This document shows, piece after piece, positions 47,271-56,723 of a stretch of DNA of 61,437 bases. Below the pieces are notes generated by a model, which was not told the origin of the DNA, ran no database searches, and was given only the letters and a program-made list of their open reading frames with translations. Position 1 is the first letter of the stretch, and the number at the start of each line of letters is the position of its first letter. The translations under genes and the position numbers were made by a program. Source of the stretch: a bacterium (lineage in GTDB: Bacteria; Hydrothermota; UBA3073; JACQXS01); NCBI GenBank assembly GCA_030592575.1, contig JAUVIV010000001.1, positions 1-61,437 on the forward strand, in the 5' to 3' direction.

Positions 47271-47846
47271 TTATCTCTTTTTTATTCCCTCGAATAAAGT
47301 TTCTAACAAGATATTAATATTTTTTTTGATATTTGTCGTTTTGGTTTTTATTGTCAAGGGATATTCTAATCCTTTTAAGGCAGTAACAATCGCAAAAGAA
47401 GTCAAGTGTGGATTTCTGACAGCAAAAATACCTTTTTCTACCCCTTCTATTAGAAAAGCTTTTATCGTTTCGATTTCTTCTTCAAAATCTTTTTTTCTTA
47501 TTTTCTCAATAAATGAGTAATGTTCTAAATATTCATCTTTGAGTACGTTGTAAAAATTAGCCAATTGCCTGAGACACTGCATTCTTGTTAGTATAAATAT
47601 TTGTAGTTTTTCTACTGGAGAAGTTGCTTTCTCCACAGCTTTTTTTATTTTCATGGCTAAGAATTTGCCTTCCCTCTCTATCACCGCTTTAAAAATATCC
47701 TCTTTGGTTTCAAAATAATAATAAATTGTGCTTTTCCCCATATGAAGAGCTTTGGCAATCTCATCCACAGTAGTTTTCTTGAACCCGAATCTCGCAAAAA
47801 GATCTCTTGCGGTTTCAACGATACCTTCTTTTCTATCTTCTTTCAT
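47271..47846 (-). CDS. TetR/AcrR family transcriptional regulator
   Basis: N-terminal HTH FGFKKTTVDEIAKALHMGKSTIYYYF. Confidence 0.9.
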   Translation of the reverse strand: MKEDRKEGIVETARDLFARFGFKKTTVDEIAKALHMGKSTIYYYFETKEDIFKAVIEREGKFLAMKIKKAVEKATSPVEKLQIFILTRMQCLRQLANFYNVLKDEYLEHYSFIEKIRKKDFEEEIETIKAFLIEGVEKGIFAVRNPHLTSFAIVTALKGLEYPLTIKTKTTNIKKNINILLETLFEGIKKR

Positions 47847-47867
47847 TAGTTTCTTTTGTTAAACATT

Positions 47868-47892
47868 TAGACTAAAACATTCTAACAGTCTA
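47868..47892. promoter_or_regulatory. candidate TetR operator TAGACT-N13-AGTCTA just downstream of the tetR promoter
   Basis: Perfect 6-bp inverted repeat read directly. Confidence 0.55.
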
Positions 47893-47896
47893 TTTT

Positions 47897-47924
47897 TAAA
47901 TATTGCCTAATTTAAGTTTGTCAA
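47897..47924 (-). promoter_or_regulatory. promoter TTGACA-N16-TATTTA for tetR (and probably the operon)
   Basis: Minus-strand hexamers at 47924-47919 and 47902-47897. Confidence 0.5.
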
Positions 47925-48003
47925 GAAAAATCGAAAATTTTTTTGCATAATTTGAAATCGTGCCTACCTCCCTTGACTCCACAGGACATCAAGAAATACT
48001 TTT

Positions 48004-48072
48004 ATCTTTGTGCCCTTTGTGTTCTTTGTGGTTAAAAAAATCCTGCTCAAGAAATGTGTTCTTTGTGGTTAA
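48004..48072. repeat. CAC(A/G)A(A/G) repeat modules (complement orientation)
   Basis: CTTTGTGCCCTTTGTGTTCTTTGTGGTT and TGTGTTCTTTGTGGTT. Confidence 0.7.
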
Positions 48073-48091
48073 GGTAAAGATTTTTTTCTGA

Positions 48092-48119
48092 TTGACTTTT
48101 TCCTGTAATTGTGTAATAT
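48092..48119 (+). promoter_or_regulatory. promoter TTGACT-N16-TAATAT, 11 nt before ATG 48131
   Basis: Read directly. The ORF-track start (48092) is the TTG of the -35 box. Confidence 0.45.
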
Positions 48120-48130
48120 GTAATATACAA

Positions 48131-48730
48131 ATGAATGAGTTTAAGCTTAGGTTTGTTTCTTGGATTGGATGGTTTCTTGTTACTATTATAGGCAAGAGCC
48201 TTAGAATAAGACTTGAAGGTGAAATCCCTAAAGGTCCAGTGATTTATGCTTTTTGGCATAGCGATTTTTTCCCTCTTGTTTATGCTAATAGGAATAGAGG
48301 CATTGTTGGTCTTGTAAGTCCTCATCAGGACGGCGAGTATCTTGCGAGAATGCTCAAACCCTTGGGATATAAAGTTGTGAGAAGCACAAGTGGAGACAAG
48401 GGTATAAAAGGAGTTCGCAAGATTTTGAAATTAAAGAAAAACGATTTTGCAATTGCTCCTGACGGTCCTATAGGACCGGCTTATCAGGTAAAAAATGGAG
48501 TCTTGAAACTTGCCGAACTTACCGACTTACCAATTATTCCCATAGGAATCGGCATTTCAAGACTTATAAGATTTAATAGTTGGGATAGATTTAAACTTCC
48601 TTTGCTATTTTCAAAATGTGTAATTTATTGGGGAGCTCCTATTTGGGTCAAGAAATCAACGGAAGAATTAAGAGAGCGGCTTGAATCTGATTTGATTAAT
48701 GTTAATATGCTTGCAGATTCACTTTTATAG
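48131..48730 (+). CDS. DUF374-type lysophospholipid acyltransferase family protein
   Basis: FWHSDFFP and APDGPIGP motifs. Start taken at MNEFKLRF. Confidence 0.72.
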   Translation: MNEFKLRFVSWIGWFLVTIIGKSLRIRLEGEIPKGPVIYAFWHSDFFPLVYANRNRGIVGLVSPHQDGEYLARMLKPLGYKVVRSTSGDKGIKGVRKILKLKKNDFAIAPDGPIGPAYQVKNGVLKLAELTDLPIIPIGIGISRLIRFNSWDRFKLPLLFSKCVIYWGAPIWVKKSTEELRERLESDLINVNMLADSLL

Positions 48731-48787
48731 CTTTATTTAGAATAGCAATATCCTGGCTATAATGATGATAAAAAAGGAGAAACTGTT

Positions 48788-49315
48788 ATGAATTCTGAAA
48801 CAAAACTCTATACACAGGGATTAGAAAAATATCCTAAAACAACCATAATTTTCGGCAATCTTCTGATGATTGTATGGATTATATTAGGAACTATTGCCTG
48901 TAGGTTTTTGTGTTCGTTGGCTGCCTGGCTTTATTTGGCTTTTGCTATTATAATGGTTTATATCGTGTTACGAAAATTAATTTGCACAGATTGTTGTTAT
49001 TACGATAAATGGTGTCCGATAGGTTGGAGTAAATTATCTGCTCTGTTTTTCAAAAAGGGTAGTGTTAAGAAGTTTGGCACTAACATTGGCGTAAAACTTG
49101 CTCCGTTTACTTATGGGGTTTTGAGCTTAATTCCGCTTATTTTTATCATTGCTTCAATGTTTCAGAAGTTTACAATCTCTAAATTAATCGTATTGGTCCT
49201 TCTATTAGTAATTTCATTTTACAGTGGAGGAATTGGCAGGAAAAAGAGTTGTGCAAAATGTAAAATGAGATTAATTTGTCCCGGATGTGCGGTAAAGCCC
49301 CCCTCTGATGCTTAA
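48788..49315 (+). CDS. Cys-rich polytopic membrane protein, unknown function
   Basis: About 4 TM. CTDCCYYDKWCPIGW and C-terminal CAKCKMRLICPGC. Confidence 0.5.
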   Translation: MNSETKLYTQGLEKYPKTTIIFGNLLMIVWIILGTIACRFLCSLAAWLYLAFAIIMVYIVLRKLICTDCCYYDKWCPIGWSKLSALFFKKGSVKKFGTNIGVKLAPFTYGVLSLIPLIFIIASMFQKFTISKLIVLVLLLVISFYSGGIGRKKSCAKCKMRLICPGCAVKPPSDA

Positions 49316-49342
49316 GAAGTGAGTTCTATGTTAAATCATTAA

Positions 49343-50029
49343 ATGGGAAAAATGCAATACGAGGATATTCTGAAAAAATTGGAGTCTCTATCTGATCCAA
49401 GAGCAATAGATGGGATGGCACGATTTGGCATTAATCCCAAAAATATATATGGAGTGTCAATTCCAAATATAAGAAAAATTGCCAAAGAGATAGGAATGAA
49501 TCATATACTTGCCCAACAACTCTGGTCATCGGGGATTCATGAAGCTCGGATACTTGCAAGCATAATTGATAATCCAGAGATAGTAACTGAAGAGCAAATG
49601 GGAAAATGGGCAAAAGATTTTGATTCGTGGGATGTGTGTGACCAATGTTGCCTGAACCTCTTTAAGAAAACCAAATTCGCATATCAACAAGCAGATGAGT
49701 GGAGCTATGACAAGCGAGAATTTGTCAAGAGGGCAGGGTTTGCTTTGATGGCTTGTTTAGCAATTTATGATAAAAAAGCAGATGATAAAAAGTTTGAGAA
49801 TTTTTTCTCTATCATAAAAAGGGAAGCTTTTGACGAGAGAAACTATGTTAAAAAGGCGGTTAATTGGGCGCTCAGGCAAATCGGGAAACGAAACCTTAAT
49901 TTGAATAAGTGGGCAATCAAAACAGCTAAAGAAATTCAACAAATGGATTCAATAATTGCTAAATGGATTGCTTCTGATGCGATTCGGGAATTGGAAAGCA
50001 AAGAAGTTCAGAGTAGATTGCAAGGATAA
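49343..50029 (+). CDS. DNA alkylation repair (AlkD-like HEAT repeat) protein
   Basis: GVSIPNIRKIAKEIG...LWSSGIHEARILA...WDVCD pattern. Confidence 0.78.
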   Translation: MGKMQYEDILKKLESLSDPRAIDGMARFGINPKNIYGVSIPNIRKIAKEIGMNHILAQQLWSSGIHEARILASIIDNPEIVTEEQMGKWAKDFDSWDVCDQCCLNLFKKTKFAYQQADEWSYDKREFVKRAGFALMACLAIYDKKADDKKFENFFSIIKREAFDERNYVKKAVNWALRQIGKRNLNLNKWAIKTAKEIQQMDSIIAKWIASDAIRELESKEVQSRLQG

Positions 50030-50088
50030 AAATATGGAACAAATAAAGAAATATCCGAAGAAAGAATAGAATTAAAATTGAGAAAAAA

Positions 50089-51246
50089 ATGAGTATCAAG
50101 GAAATTGAAGCAAAATCCATATTACGGAAACATAAGAAAATTGATTCGTGGTTTCTTTCTCGTTATGGAATGAATTTATATAGAGGATGTACCCATAATT
50201 GCGTGTATTGTGATGGCCGCTCAGAAGGTTATTACGTAGATGGAGAGTTTGGAAAAGATATTACGGTAAAGGTTAATGCGATAGAAATTTTAGAGCGAGA
50301 ATTGGACCCAAAAAGAAAACGAACTTCTTTTAAGCAAGGGTTTGTTATGGTAGGAGGAGGAGTTTGTGATAGCTATCAGCCAATAGAAAAAAAGTATCAA
50401 CTAACGCGAAAAGCCCTTGAGCTTATTTATAAACACAAATTCCCCGTACATATACTTACAAAATCAACTCTTATTGAGCGAGACATTGATATTCTAAAAA
50501 AAATAAATGAACAGAGTAAAGTGATTATAAGTTTTAGCTTTTCGTCAGTAAATGACAAAATAAGTGCTATATTTGAACCAGGTGTTCCATCTCCAACTGA
50601 ACGATTAAAAACACTTGCTCTTTTCAAAAAAGAAGGGATTGCTTGTGGTATGTTTTTGCTTCCTGTGATTCCATTTATAACCGACACTCCTAAGTTGATA
50701 GAACAAGCAATAAAAAAAGCTGTTGAAATAGGACTGGACTTTATCATCTTTGGTGGAATGACACTAAAAGAAGGAAGGCAGAAAGATTATTTCCTGAATG
50801 TTCTAAAAAAACATTACTCGCATCTTGCCATAGAATATGCGAATATCTATAAACAAAGCAAGTGGGGAGAAGCAACCGGAGAATATTATAATTCAATAAA
50901 TTCAGTATTTAATATTATTGCAAAGACATACAATATGCCTACTTGTATTCCCATTAATCTTTATAGAGATGTATTAAGCGAGAACGATTTGGTAGTTGTT
51001 ATATTAGAACATCTTGATTATTTTTTGAAAATGGAGGGGAGGACATCGCCTTATAGTTATGCGGCATATTCAATTTCACAATTAAAAGAATCATTATCAA
51101 AAATGAAAGGAAGTTTTAGAAAAATAAAAGGAGTTGGCAAAACAACCGAAAATATTATATTGGAGATACTTAAAACAGGAAATTCATCTTATTATGAAAA
51201 ATTATTAAGAGGCGGAAAGAGTACTTTATTTGAGGATTCTAATTAA
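50089..51246 (+). CDS. radical SAM protein, SplB/COG1533-like, with C-terminal HhH
   Basis: GCTHNCVYCDG cluster motif. C-terminal IKGVGKTTENIILEIL. Confidence 0.78.
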   Translation: MSIKEIEAKSILRKHKKIDSWFLSRYGMNLYRGCTHNCVYCDGRSEGYYVDGEFGKDITVKVNAIEILERELDPKRKRTSFKQGFVMVGGGVCDSYQPIEKKYQLTRKALELIYKHKFPVHILTKSTLIERDIDILKKINEQSKVIISFSFSSVNDKISAIFEPGVPSPTERLKTLALFKKEGIACGMFLLPVIPFITDTPKLIEQAIKKAVEIGLDFIIFGGMTLKEGRQKDYFLNVLKKHYSHLAIEYANIYKQSKWGEATGEYYNSINSVFNIIAKTYNMPTCIPINLYRDVLSENDLVVVILEHLDYFLKMEGRTSPYSYAAYSISQLKESLSKMKGSFRKIKGVGKTTENIILEILKTGNSSYYEKLLRGGKSTLFEDSN

Positions 51247-52091
51247 GGAATTCGTAAAGTTATGTTGTCAATGAGTCTTGCTTTGCCAAACCAGACAGCA
51301 ATTGCAATTAAGATTTCTCCTTCTAAAATATTTACTTGTGTTAGGTCTTTTTTGTTGACTATATCTATGTAATCAATTTTGGCGGTGAGTTTATCGGAGA
51401 TTGCGTTTCTTATTTCATCTTTTATCTTTTTTGCATTTCTTTCTCTGTTTTCTATTAATTTTTTGGCAAGCATCAAAGATTGGTAAATCACTGGGGCATC
51501 TTTTCTTTCTTGGGAAGATAGATATATGTTTCTTGAGCTTATAGCAAGTCCATCCGACTCTCTTGCTGTTGGAACAGCTAAAATTTTTATTCCAAAATTC
51601 AAATCCGCAACCATTTTTTTAAGTATAATAAGTTGTTGAGCATCTTTTTCTCCAAAAATTGCAATATTTGGAGCAACGATATTAAAAAGCTTGCATACTA
51701 CTGTACATACTCCCTTGAAATGAGTTGGTCTTGTTGCTCCGCAAAGAGCGGATGAAAGCTTGGGTAATTCAATAGAAGTGTCATATTCTTCCGGATACAT
51801 CTCTTTGTCGGAAGGGGTAAATAAGATGTTTGTTCCTCTATTTTCAAGCAACTTTGCATCATAGTGAATATCTTTAGGGTAACTTCTTAAATCTTCGGAA
51901 GCTCCAAATTGTAAGGGATTTACGAAAATACTGGCTATAATGAAATCAGTGTATTTTTTGGCAGTATCTACAAGCTTAAGGTGTCCTTCATGTAAAGCAC
52001 CCATCGTAGGAACAAAACCTATTTTTTCCCCTTCGTTCTTAATTTTACGGGAAATAGATTTCATTTCGTTTATTTTTTTAATGATTTTCAT
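51243..52091 (-). CDS. panC: pantoate--beta-alanine ligase
   Basis: GFVPTMGALHEGHL. ATRPTHFKGV. Confidence 0.93.
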   Translation of the reverse strand: MKIIKKINEMKSISRKIKNEGEKIGFVPTMGALHEGHLKLVDTAKKYTDFIIASIFVNPLQFGASEDLRSYPKDIHYDAKLLENRGTNILFTPSDKEMYPEEYDTSIELPKLSSALCGATRPTHFKGVCTVVCKLFNIVAPNIAIFGEKDAQQLIILKKMVADLNFGIKILAVPTARESDGLAISSRNIYLSSQERKDAPVIYQSLMLAKKLIENRERNAKKIKDEIRNAISDKLTAKIDYIDIVNKKDLTQVNILEGEILIAIAVWFGKARLIDNITLRIP

Positions 52092-52099
52092 AGTGGATA

Positions 52100-52127
52100 A
52101 TTATATAGCGTAAAGCTATTCTGTCAA
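52100..52127 (-). promoter_or_regulatory. promoter TTGACA-N16-TATAAT, 8 nt before the panC ATG
   Basis: Consensus hexamers on the minus strand at 52127-52122 and 52105-52100. Confidence 0.6.
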
Positions 52128-52305
52128 GTTCAGATTTTAAAGGTGTTTTTTCTGAATTATAAAAAGCCGTTAATAGTTCAAGCAAGAAACAATAGTACCT
52201 ACTTTTTGCTTGTAGTTAGCTATTTTAAAAAGCCCTTTTCTTGCTAATTTTTCACCATTTGGTTATCACAATATCTTTTCTCTTGTAATCTAAGAACGAA
52301 AAATA

Positions 52306-52410
52306 TTAGTGACCGACCTTTAACTTCTTCTTATGGCGGATTGCTTTTCTTTGCTTTTTCCGCTTATGCGTGGTTATCTTTCTTCTTTTTCTTTTTCTTC
52401 CGCAAGGCAT
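52306..52410 (-). CDS. 34-aa highly basic peptide, bS22-like ribosomal protein candidate (MPCGRKRKRRKITTHKRKKQRKAIRHKKKLKVGH)
   Basis: Hand-found ORF. GAGGT SD 7 nt upstream. Sits 13 nt downstream of hup. K/R-rich with a central HK, as in bS22 peptides. Confidence 0.45.
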   Translation of the reverse strand: MPCGRKRKRRKITTHKRKKQRKAIRHKKKLKVGH

Positions 52411-52423
52411 AATTTACCTCAAT

Positions 52424-52702
52424 TCAAAAACTATTTTTAAGAAGCTTAGAAGCTTTAAATACAGGTACAGTCCTAGCTGGTAGGCTTACAGTCTTTCCTG
52501 TTTTTGGATTTCTGGCCTCTCTTGGTTTTCTATGTCGTACAGAGAAAACCCCAAACCCCCTAAGCTCAAGTCTATCGTTGTTCTTAAGTGTTTCGGAAAT
52601 CCTATCAAGGAAAGAAGCTACAATAACAGCTACTTCTCTTTGAGTAAAGCCTGTATCTTTAGCAACTTCTTTTACGAGTTCTTTTTTTGTTTTTGTCATC
52701 AA
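52424..52702 (-). CDS. hup: HU/IHF family DNA-binding protein
   Basis: LRGFGVFSVRHRKPREARNPKTG arm motif. 92 aa. Confidence 0.9.
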   Translation of the reverse strand: MMTKTKKELVKEVAKDTGFTQREVAVIVASFLDRISETLKNNDRLELRGFGVFSVRHRKPREARNPKTGKTVSLPARTVPVFKASKLLKNSF

Positions 52703-52724
52703 AATTTAGGCTATAAGTTTTTAT

Positions 52725-55148
52725 TTATCTTCTAACAGGAATCTTATTATTAGATTCAATTATAAAATCTACTTCGTTATCTTGTCTTACCACCTTTAGT
52801 TTAGTTCCTCTTTTGATTCCTAATTCAAGGATTTTGTCAGCCAAAGGATCTTCAAGAATACGTTCTATTGCTCTTTTTAAAGGACGAGCACCAAAATGCG
52901 GATCAAATCCTTCTTCTATTAAAAGCTCTTTTGCTGAATCGTCTAAAGTAAGAGTTATTCCTTTTTCATGTACCAGCTCTTTAAGTTCTGCGATAAAAAG
53001 GTCAACTATTTTAGCCATCTCTGGTTTTCCAAGTGCTCTGAATACTAAAATATCATTTATACGATTTAAGAATTCTGGTTTGAAAGTTTTCTTTACTTTT
53101 TCCAACAGCGTTTCTTTCATAAATTTATGAGTAAATACTTCTCTTTGTGTTTCAAATCCAATATGTGAGCGTTTGAGTTCTTGAGTTCCAATATTGGAGG
53201 TCATTATAAGAATCGTATTTCTAAAGTCAATATGTCGTCCAAATGAATCGGTAAGCATGCCTTCATCCATAATTTGCAAAAGTATATTGAATATATCCGG
53301 ATGTGCTTTCTCTATTTCATCAAGAAGAACAATAGAGTAAGGTTTTCTGCGAACTTTTTCGGTAAGTTGACCACCTTCTTCGTAACCTACGTATCCGGGA
53401 GGAGCTCCAATCAATCTTGAAACATTGAATTTCTCAATGTATTCACTCATATCAATGCGTATAAGAGCATTTTCCGAATCAAACAAAAATTCCGCAAGTT
53501 TTTTAGCAAGATATGTTTTTCCAACACCGGTAGGACCTAAAAATATAAAACTGCCAATAGGATGTTTCGCATCTTTGAGTCCAGCTCTCGATCTTCTTAT
53601 TGCACGTGCTAATACCTTGATTGCTTCTTCTTGTCCTATGACTTTATTCTGAAGAGTTTCTTCCATTTTAAGTAATTTTTCTTGCTCTTCTTGTTTAAGC
53701 CTGAAGAGAGGAATCCCAGTCCATAAAGAAATAACTTCCTTTATATGTTCTTGCTTGACTTTTGTAACTTTTTCTTCTTTCTTAGATGATTGAATTTGTT
53801 CTTCAAGTTGACGTTGTTCATCTCTTAATTTGGCAGCTTCCTCAAATTTTTGATGTTTTACCGCATCTTTTTTAAGTTCTCCAATATGTTCGAGTTCTTT
53901 TTTGAAAGCATTGAGTTGAGGTGGAAGTTTGCGAAATTTACGTAATTTAATACGGCTTCCAGCTTCGTCAATCACATCTATTGCTTTATCAGGAAGATAT
54001 TTATTTGATATATATTTATCGGAAAGAGTAACTGCAGCTACAAGCGCAGCGTCCTCATATCTTACTCCGTGATGTGCTTCATATCTTGGTTTTAAGCCTC
54101 TTAGTATTTGTATTGTTTCTTTTACGCTTGGAGGAGTAACATGGATTGCTTGAAATCTTCGTTCTAAAGCACTGTCTTTTTCTATATATTTTCTGTATTC
54201 ATTTAAGGTCGTAGCACCTATACAATGAAGTTCACCTCTTGCAAGTGCAGGTTTTAACATATTTGAAGCATCAATTGCTCCTTCGGCTGCCCCTGCTCCT
54301 ACGAGAGTATGAAGCTCGTCTATGAAAAGTATAATATTTTGGGAATTTTGTATATCTTTTAGCACTGCTTTTAATCTTTCTTCAAATTGTCCTCTATATT
54401 TAGTCCCGGCAACAATTGCTGCCAAATCGAGCGCAAGTATTCTTGAATTATGCAAAATTTCCGGAACTTCTTTTCGTATAATATGTTGAGCAAGTCCTTC
54501 AACTATAGCTGTTTTGCCAACTCCCGGATCTCCTATGAGTGCGGGATTGTTCTTTTTTCTTCTGCATAGAATTTGCATTACTCTTTCAATTTCTTTTTCT
54601 CTTCCAATTATTGGGTCAAGTTTTCCTTCTTCAGCTAATTTGGTAATGTCTCTGGAAAAACGTTCTATGTTTGTCGTTTTTGATTTGCCGGGTTTTTTCT
54701 TGCTCTCTTCGCCCATAAAAAGGATTGCAAGAATCTCATCAGTTGTGCGGTCAATGTCTAATTCAAAACTAAAAAGAATTTGAGCCGCTATGCTATCTTC
54801 ATGTCTTAGCATTCCCAGCAAAAGGTGTTCTGTCCCAACATATCCATGTCCAAATTGTTGAGCCTCTTCTTTTGCGTAATTAAGGATTTTTTTTGTTTCT
54901 TCATTATGAGCAAGTCCTTCATTTAAAAGCCCAAATTTTCCAATTTTTCTATGAGATTCGTAAATAACTTTAAGTATTGCAGTTGGATCAATATCAAGAT
55001 TTACAAGAACTGTTATACCTACGCCTCCACCTTCTTTTATAAGACCGATAAGAATGTGCTCACTTCCTATTGAGTCATCTCCAAGCCTAATTGCTTCTCG
55101 TTTTGCTATGAGAAGAACTCTTCGCACTCTTTCTGTGAATTGATTCAT
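52725..55148 (-). CDS. clpC: ATP-dependent Clp protease ATP-binding subunit ClpC
   Basis: Two Clp_N repeats. Two AAA modules ([16 protein letters not shown]). UVR-like [11 protein letters not shown]. Confidence 0.93.
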   Translation of the reverse strand: MNQFTERVRRVLLIAKREAIRLGDDSIGSEHILIGLIKEGGGVGITVLVNLDIDPTAILKVIYESHRKIGKFGLLNEGLAHNEETKKILNYAKEEAQQFGHGYVGTEHLLLGMLRHEDSIAAQILFSFELDIDRTTDEILAILFMGEESKKKPGKSKTTNIERFSRDITKLAEEGKLDPIIGREKEIERVMQILCRRKKNNPALIGDPGVGKTAIVEGLAQHIIRKEVPEILHNSRILALDLAAIVAGTKYRGQFEERLKAVLKDIQNSQNIILFIDELHTLVGAGAAEGAIDASNMLKPALARGELHCIGATTLNEYRKYIEKDSALERRFQAIHVTPPSVKETIQILRGLKPRYEAHHGVRYEDAALVAAVTLSDKYISNKYLPDKAIDVIDEAGSRIKLRKFRKLPPQLNAFKKELEHIGELKKDAVKHQKFEEAAKLRDEQRQLEEQIQSSKKEEKVTKVKQEHIKEVISLWTGIPLFRLKQEEQEKLLKMEETLQNKVIGQEEAIKVLARAIRRSRAGLKDAKHPIGSFIFLGPTGVGKTYLAKKLAEFLFDSENALIRIDMSEYIEKFNVSRLIGAPPGYVGYEEGGQLTEKVRRKPYSIVLLDEIEKAHPDIFNILLQIMDEGMLTDSFGRHIDFRNTILIMTSNIGTQELKRSHIGFETQREVFTHKFMKETLLEKVKKTFKPEFLNRINDILVFRALGKPEMAKIVDLFIAELKELVHEKGITLTLDDSAKELLIEEGFDPHFGARPLKRAIERILEDPLADKILELGIKRGTKLKVVRQDNEVDFIIESNNKIPVRR

Positions 55149-55615
55149 AATTTGAATTTTCCGAAATCTTCTAATTTAAGTTCTTGAAAATGTGCTTTCA
55201 ATTTATCTTTTTCTTTGATTTTAAAAGTTTTTCCTTTTTCTAATACTTCGTCGGTAATATAAATTGGAGCAGAACTTCTAACAGCTATAGCAATTGAATC
55301 AGATGGCCTAGCATCTATTTCCGTTATTGAGTTTTCCCCATTTAAGTATATTCTTGCATAATAAGTGTTTTCTTGAATATTATTCACTACAATTTTAATT
55401 ATATTGGCATTAAGACCTTCTATCACATTTTTTATAAGATCATGAGTAAATGGACGCTCTGTTTTTTTGTGTTGGAGCCCCATTGCAATGGCAAATGCTT
55501 CATTAGAGCCAATCCATATAGGAAGAACTCTCTCACCGTCCAGTTCTTTCAAAAAAACAACATGTGACTTAAATGAAGTATCGTAAGCTAATCCCGAAAC
55601 CTTTGCCTCAATCAT
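55145..55615 (-). CDS. bifunctional nuclease (BFN/DUF151) family protein
   Basis: [13 protein letters not shown]...RPFTHDL...[13 protein letters not shown]. Confidence 0.8.
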   Translation of the reverse strand: MIEAKVSGLAYDTSFKSHVVFLKELDGERVLPIWIGSNEAFAIAMGLQHKKTERPFTHDLIKNVIEGLNANIIKIVVNNIQENTYYARIYLNGENSITEIDARPSDSIAIAVRSSAPIYITDEVLEKGKTFKIKEKDKLKAHFQELKLEDFGKFKL

Positions 55616-55622
55616 TGAATTA

Positions 55623-56066
55623 TTACTTGTTTACTACCCAGAGTTTTACGGTTGCAGTAACTTTTGGATGTAATGATATTTTTACGGAATAAACACCGAG
55701 TTCTTTTATTGGTTCGGGAAGAAGAATATCTTTTTTGTCTATTTGATGTTTTTCTTTCGTGAGAGCAGCTTCTATATCCATATTTGTAACAGCACCAAAC
55801 AGTTTTCCGTCTTCTCCTGCTTGAACAGGAAAAGTTAATGAGAGGGCTTCAAGCTTTTCTTTTATTTGGGTAGCTTCTTTTTCCTTTTTTCCCTTTCTTA
55901 TAGCTTCTATGCGATTAAGCTCTTCAAACATTTTAAGATTTGAAGAAGTATGCATAAGAGCAAATCCCTTGGGAATGAGATGGTTTCGAGCGTACCCACG
56001 CTTTACATTAACAACGGTTCCTCTTTCGCCTAATTTTTCTATTGATTTTAGTAAGACAATTTTCAT
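55623..56066 (-). CDS. rplI: 50S ribosomal protein L9
   Basis: Start at [20 protein letters not shown] overlap with the rpsR stop. Confidence 0.9.
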   Translation of the reverse strand: MKIVLLKSIEKLGERGTVVNVKRGYARNHLIPKGFALMHTSSNLKMFEELNRIEAIRKGKKEKEATQIKEKLEALSLTFPVQAGEDGKLFGAVTNMDIEAALTKEKHQIDKKDILLPEPIKELGVYSVKISLHPKVTATVKLWVVNK

Positions 56067-56326
56067 CTTGCTGTTTTTGTGAAAGGTAAGAGAGCCATAA
56101 CTCTTGAATGTTTTATTGCACGAGTAAGAGCTCGTTGATGTTTTGCGCAAAGCTTTGTTATTCTACGAGGTAAAATTTTGCCGCTTCTGGTAATATAATC
56201 TCTTAAATGATCAACGTCTTTATAATCTATAGTTAGCTTATTAGAACAGAAAAAACAAACTTTCTTTCTCTCCGGCCCTAATCTTCTTGGAGTTGTTTTG
56301 TTAGAATGGTAACTCTTTTTTTTCAT
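56063..56326 (-). CDS. rpsR: 30S ribosomal protein S18
   Basis: [25 protein letters not shown] motif. Confidence 0.92.
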   Translation of the reverse strand: MKKKSYHSNKTTPRRLGPERKKVCFFCSNKLTIDYKDVDHLRDYITRSGKILPRRITKLCAKHQRALTRAIKHSRVMALLPFTKTAR

Positions 56327-56723
56327 TTTCTTCTATAGTTGTTTCTTCCTTCTTAGGAAAATTTTCTGTTTCAAGTTTAGTCAAATTCTGAACCCTTAAA
56401 GCATTAATTTCTACAATACTTCTCTTTTGTCCTTCAGGGGTTTCCCATGAACGGCTTTGAATACTTCCTTCAACAAAAACTGCGTTGCCTTTGTGAAGTT
56501 TCTCGCCTAATCTTTCGGCGGTGGGTCCCCAGGTAGTTACTCTTACGAATGTTGGGTCAGCATCTACCCATTCATTTGTTTTTTTGCTTAAGTATCTTCG
56601 GTTTGATGCTATTTGAAAATTGCATACTGCTCGACCATCTGGCATATACCTGAGGTCCGGATCTCCTGTAAGATTTCCGGTGATTAGGATTTTATTTATA
56701 TTTGGGAGTTTATATTCTGCCAT
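56301..56723 (-). CDS. ssb: single-stranded DNA-binding protein
   Basis: OB fold [17 protein letters not shown]. Acidic tip ending LPF. TAATG overlap with rpsF. Confidence 0.9.
   Translation of the reverse strand: MAEYKLPNINKILITGNLTGDPDLRYMPDGRAVCNFQIASNRRYLSKKTNEWVDADPTFVRVTTWGPTAERLGEKLHKGNAVFVEGSIQSRSWETPEGQKRSIVEINALRVQNLTKLETENFPKKEETTIEENEKKELPF

Noticed and set aside
52181-52245. 9-bp stem (AGCAAGAAA/TTTCTTGCT) with a 47-nt loop downstream of the bS22-like ORF, as a terminator or sRNA
   Set aside because: The loop is too long and no U-tract follows, so an A/T-rich coincidence cannot be excluded without expression data.
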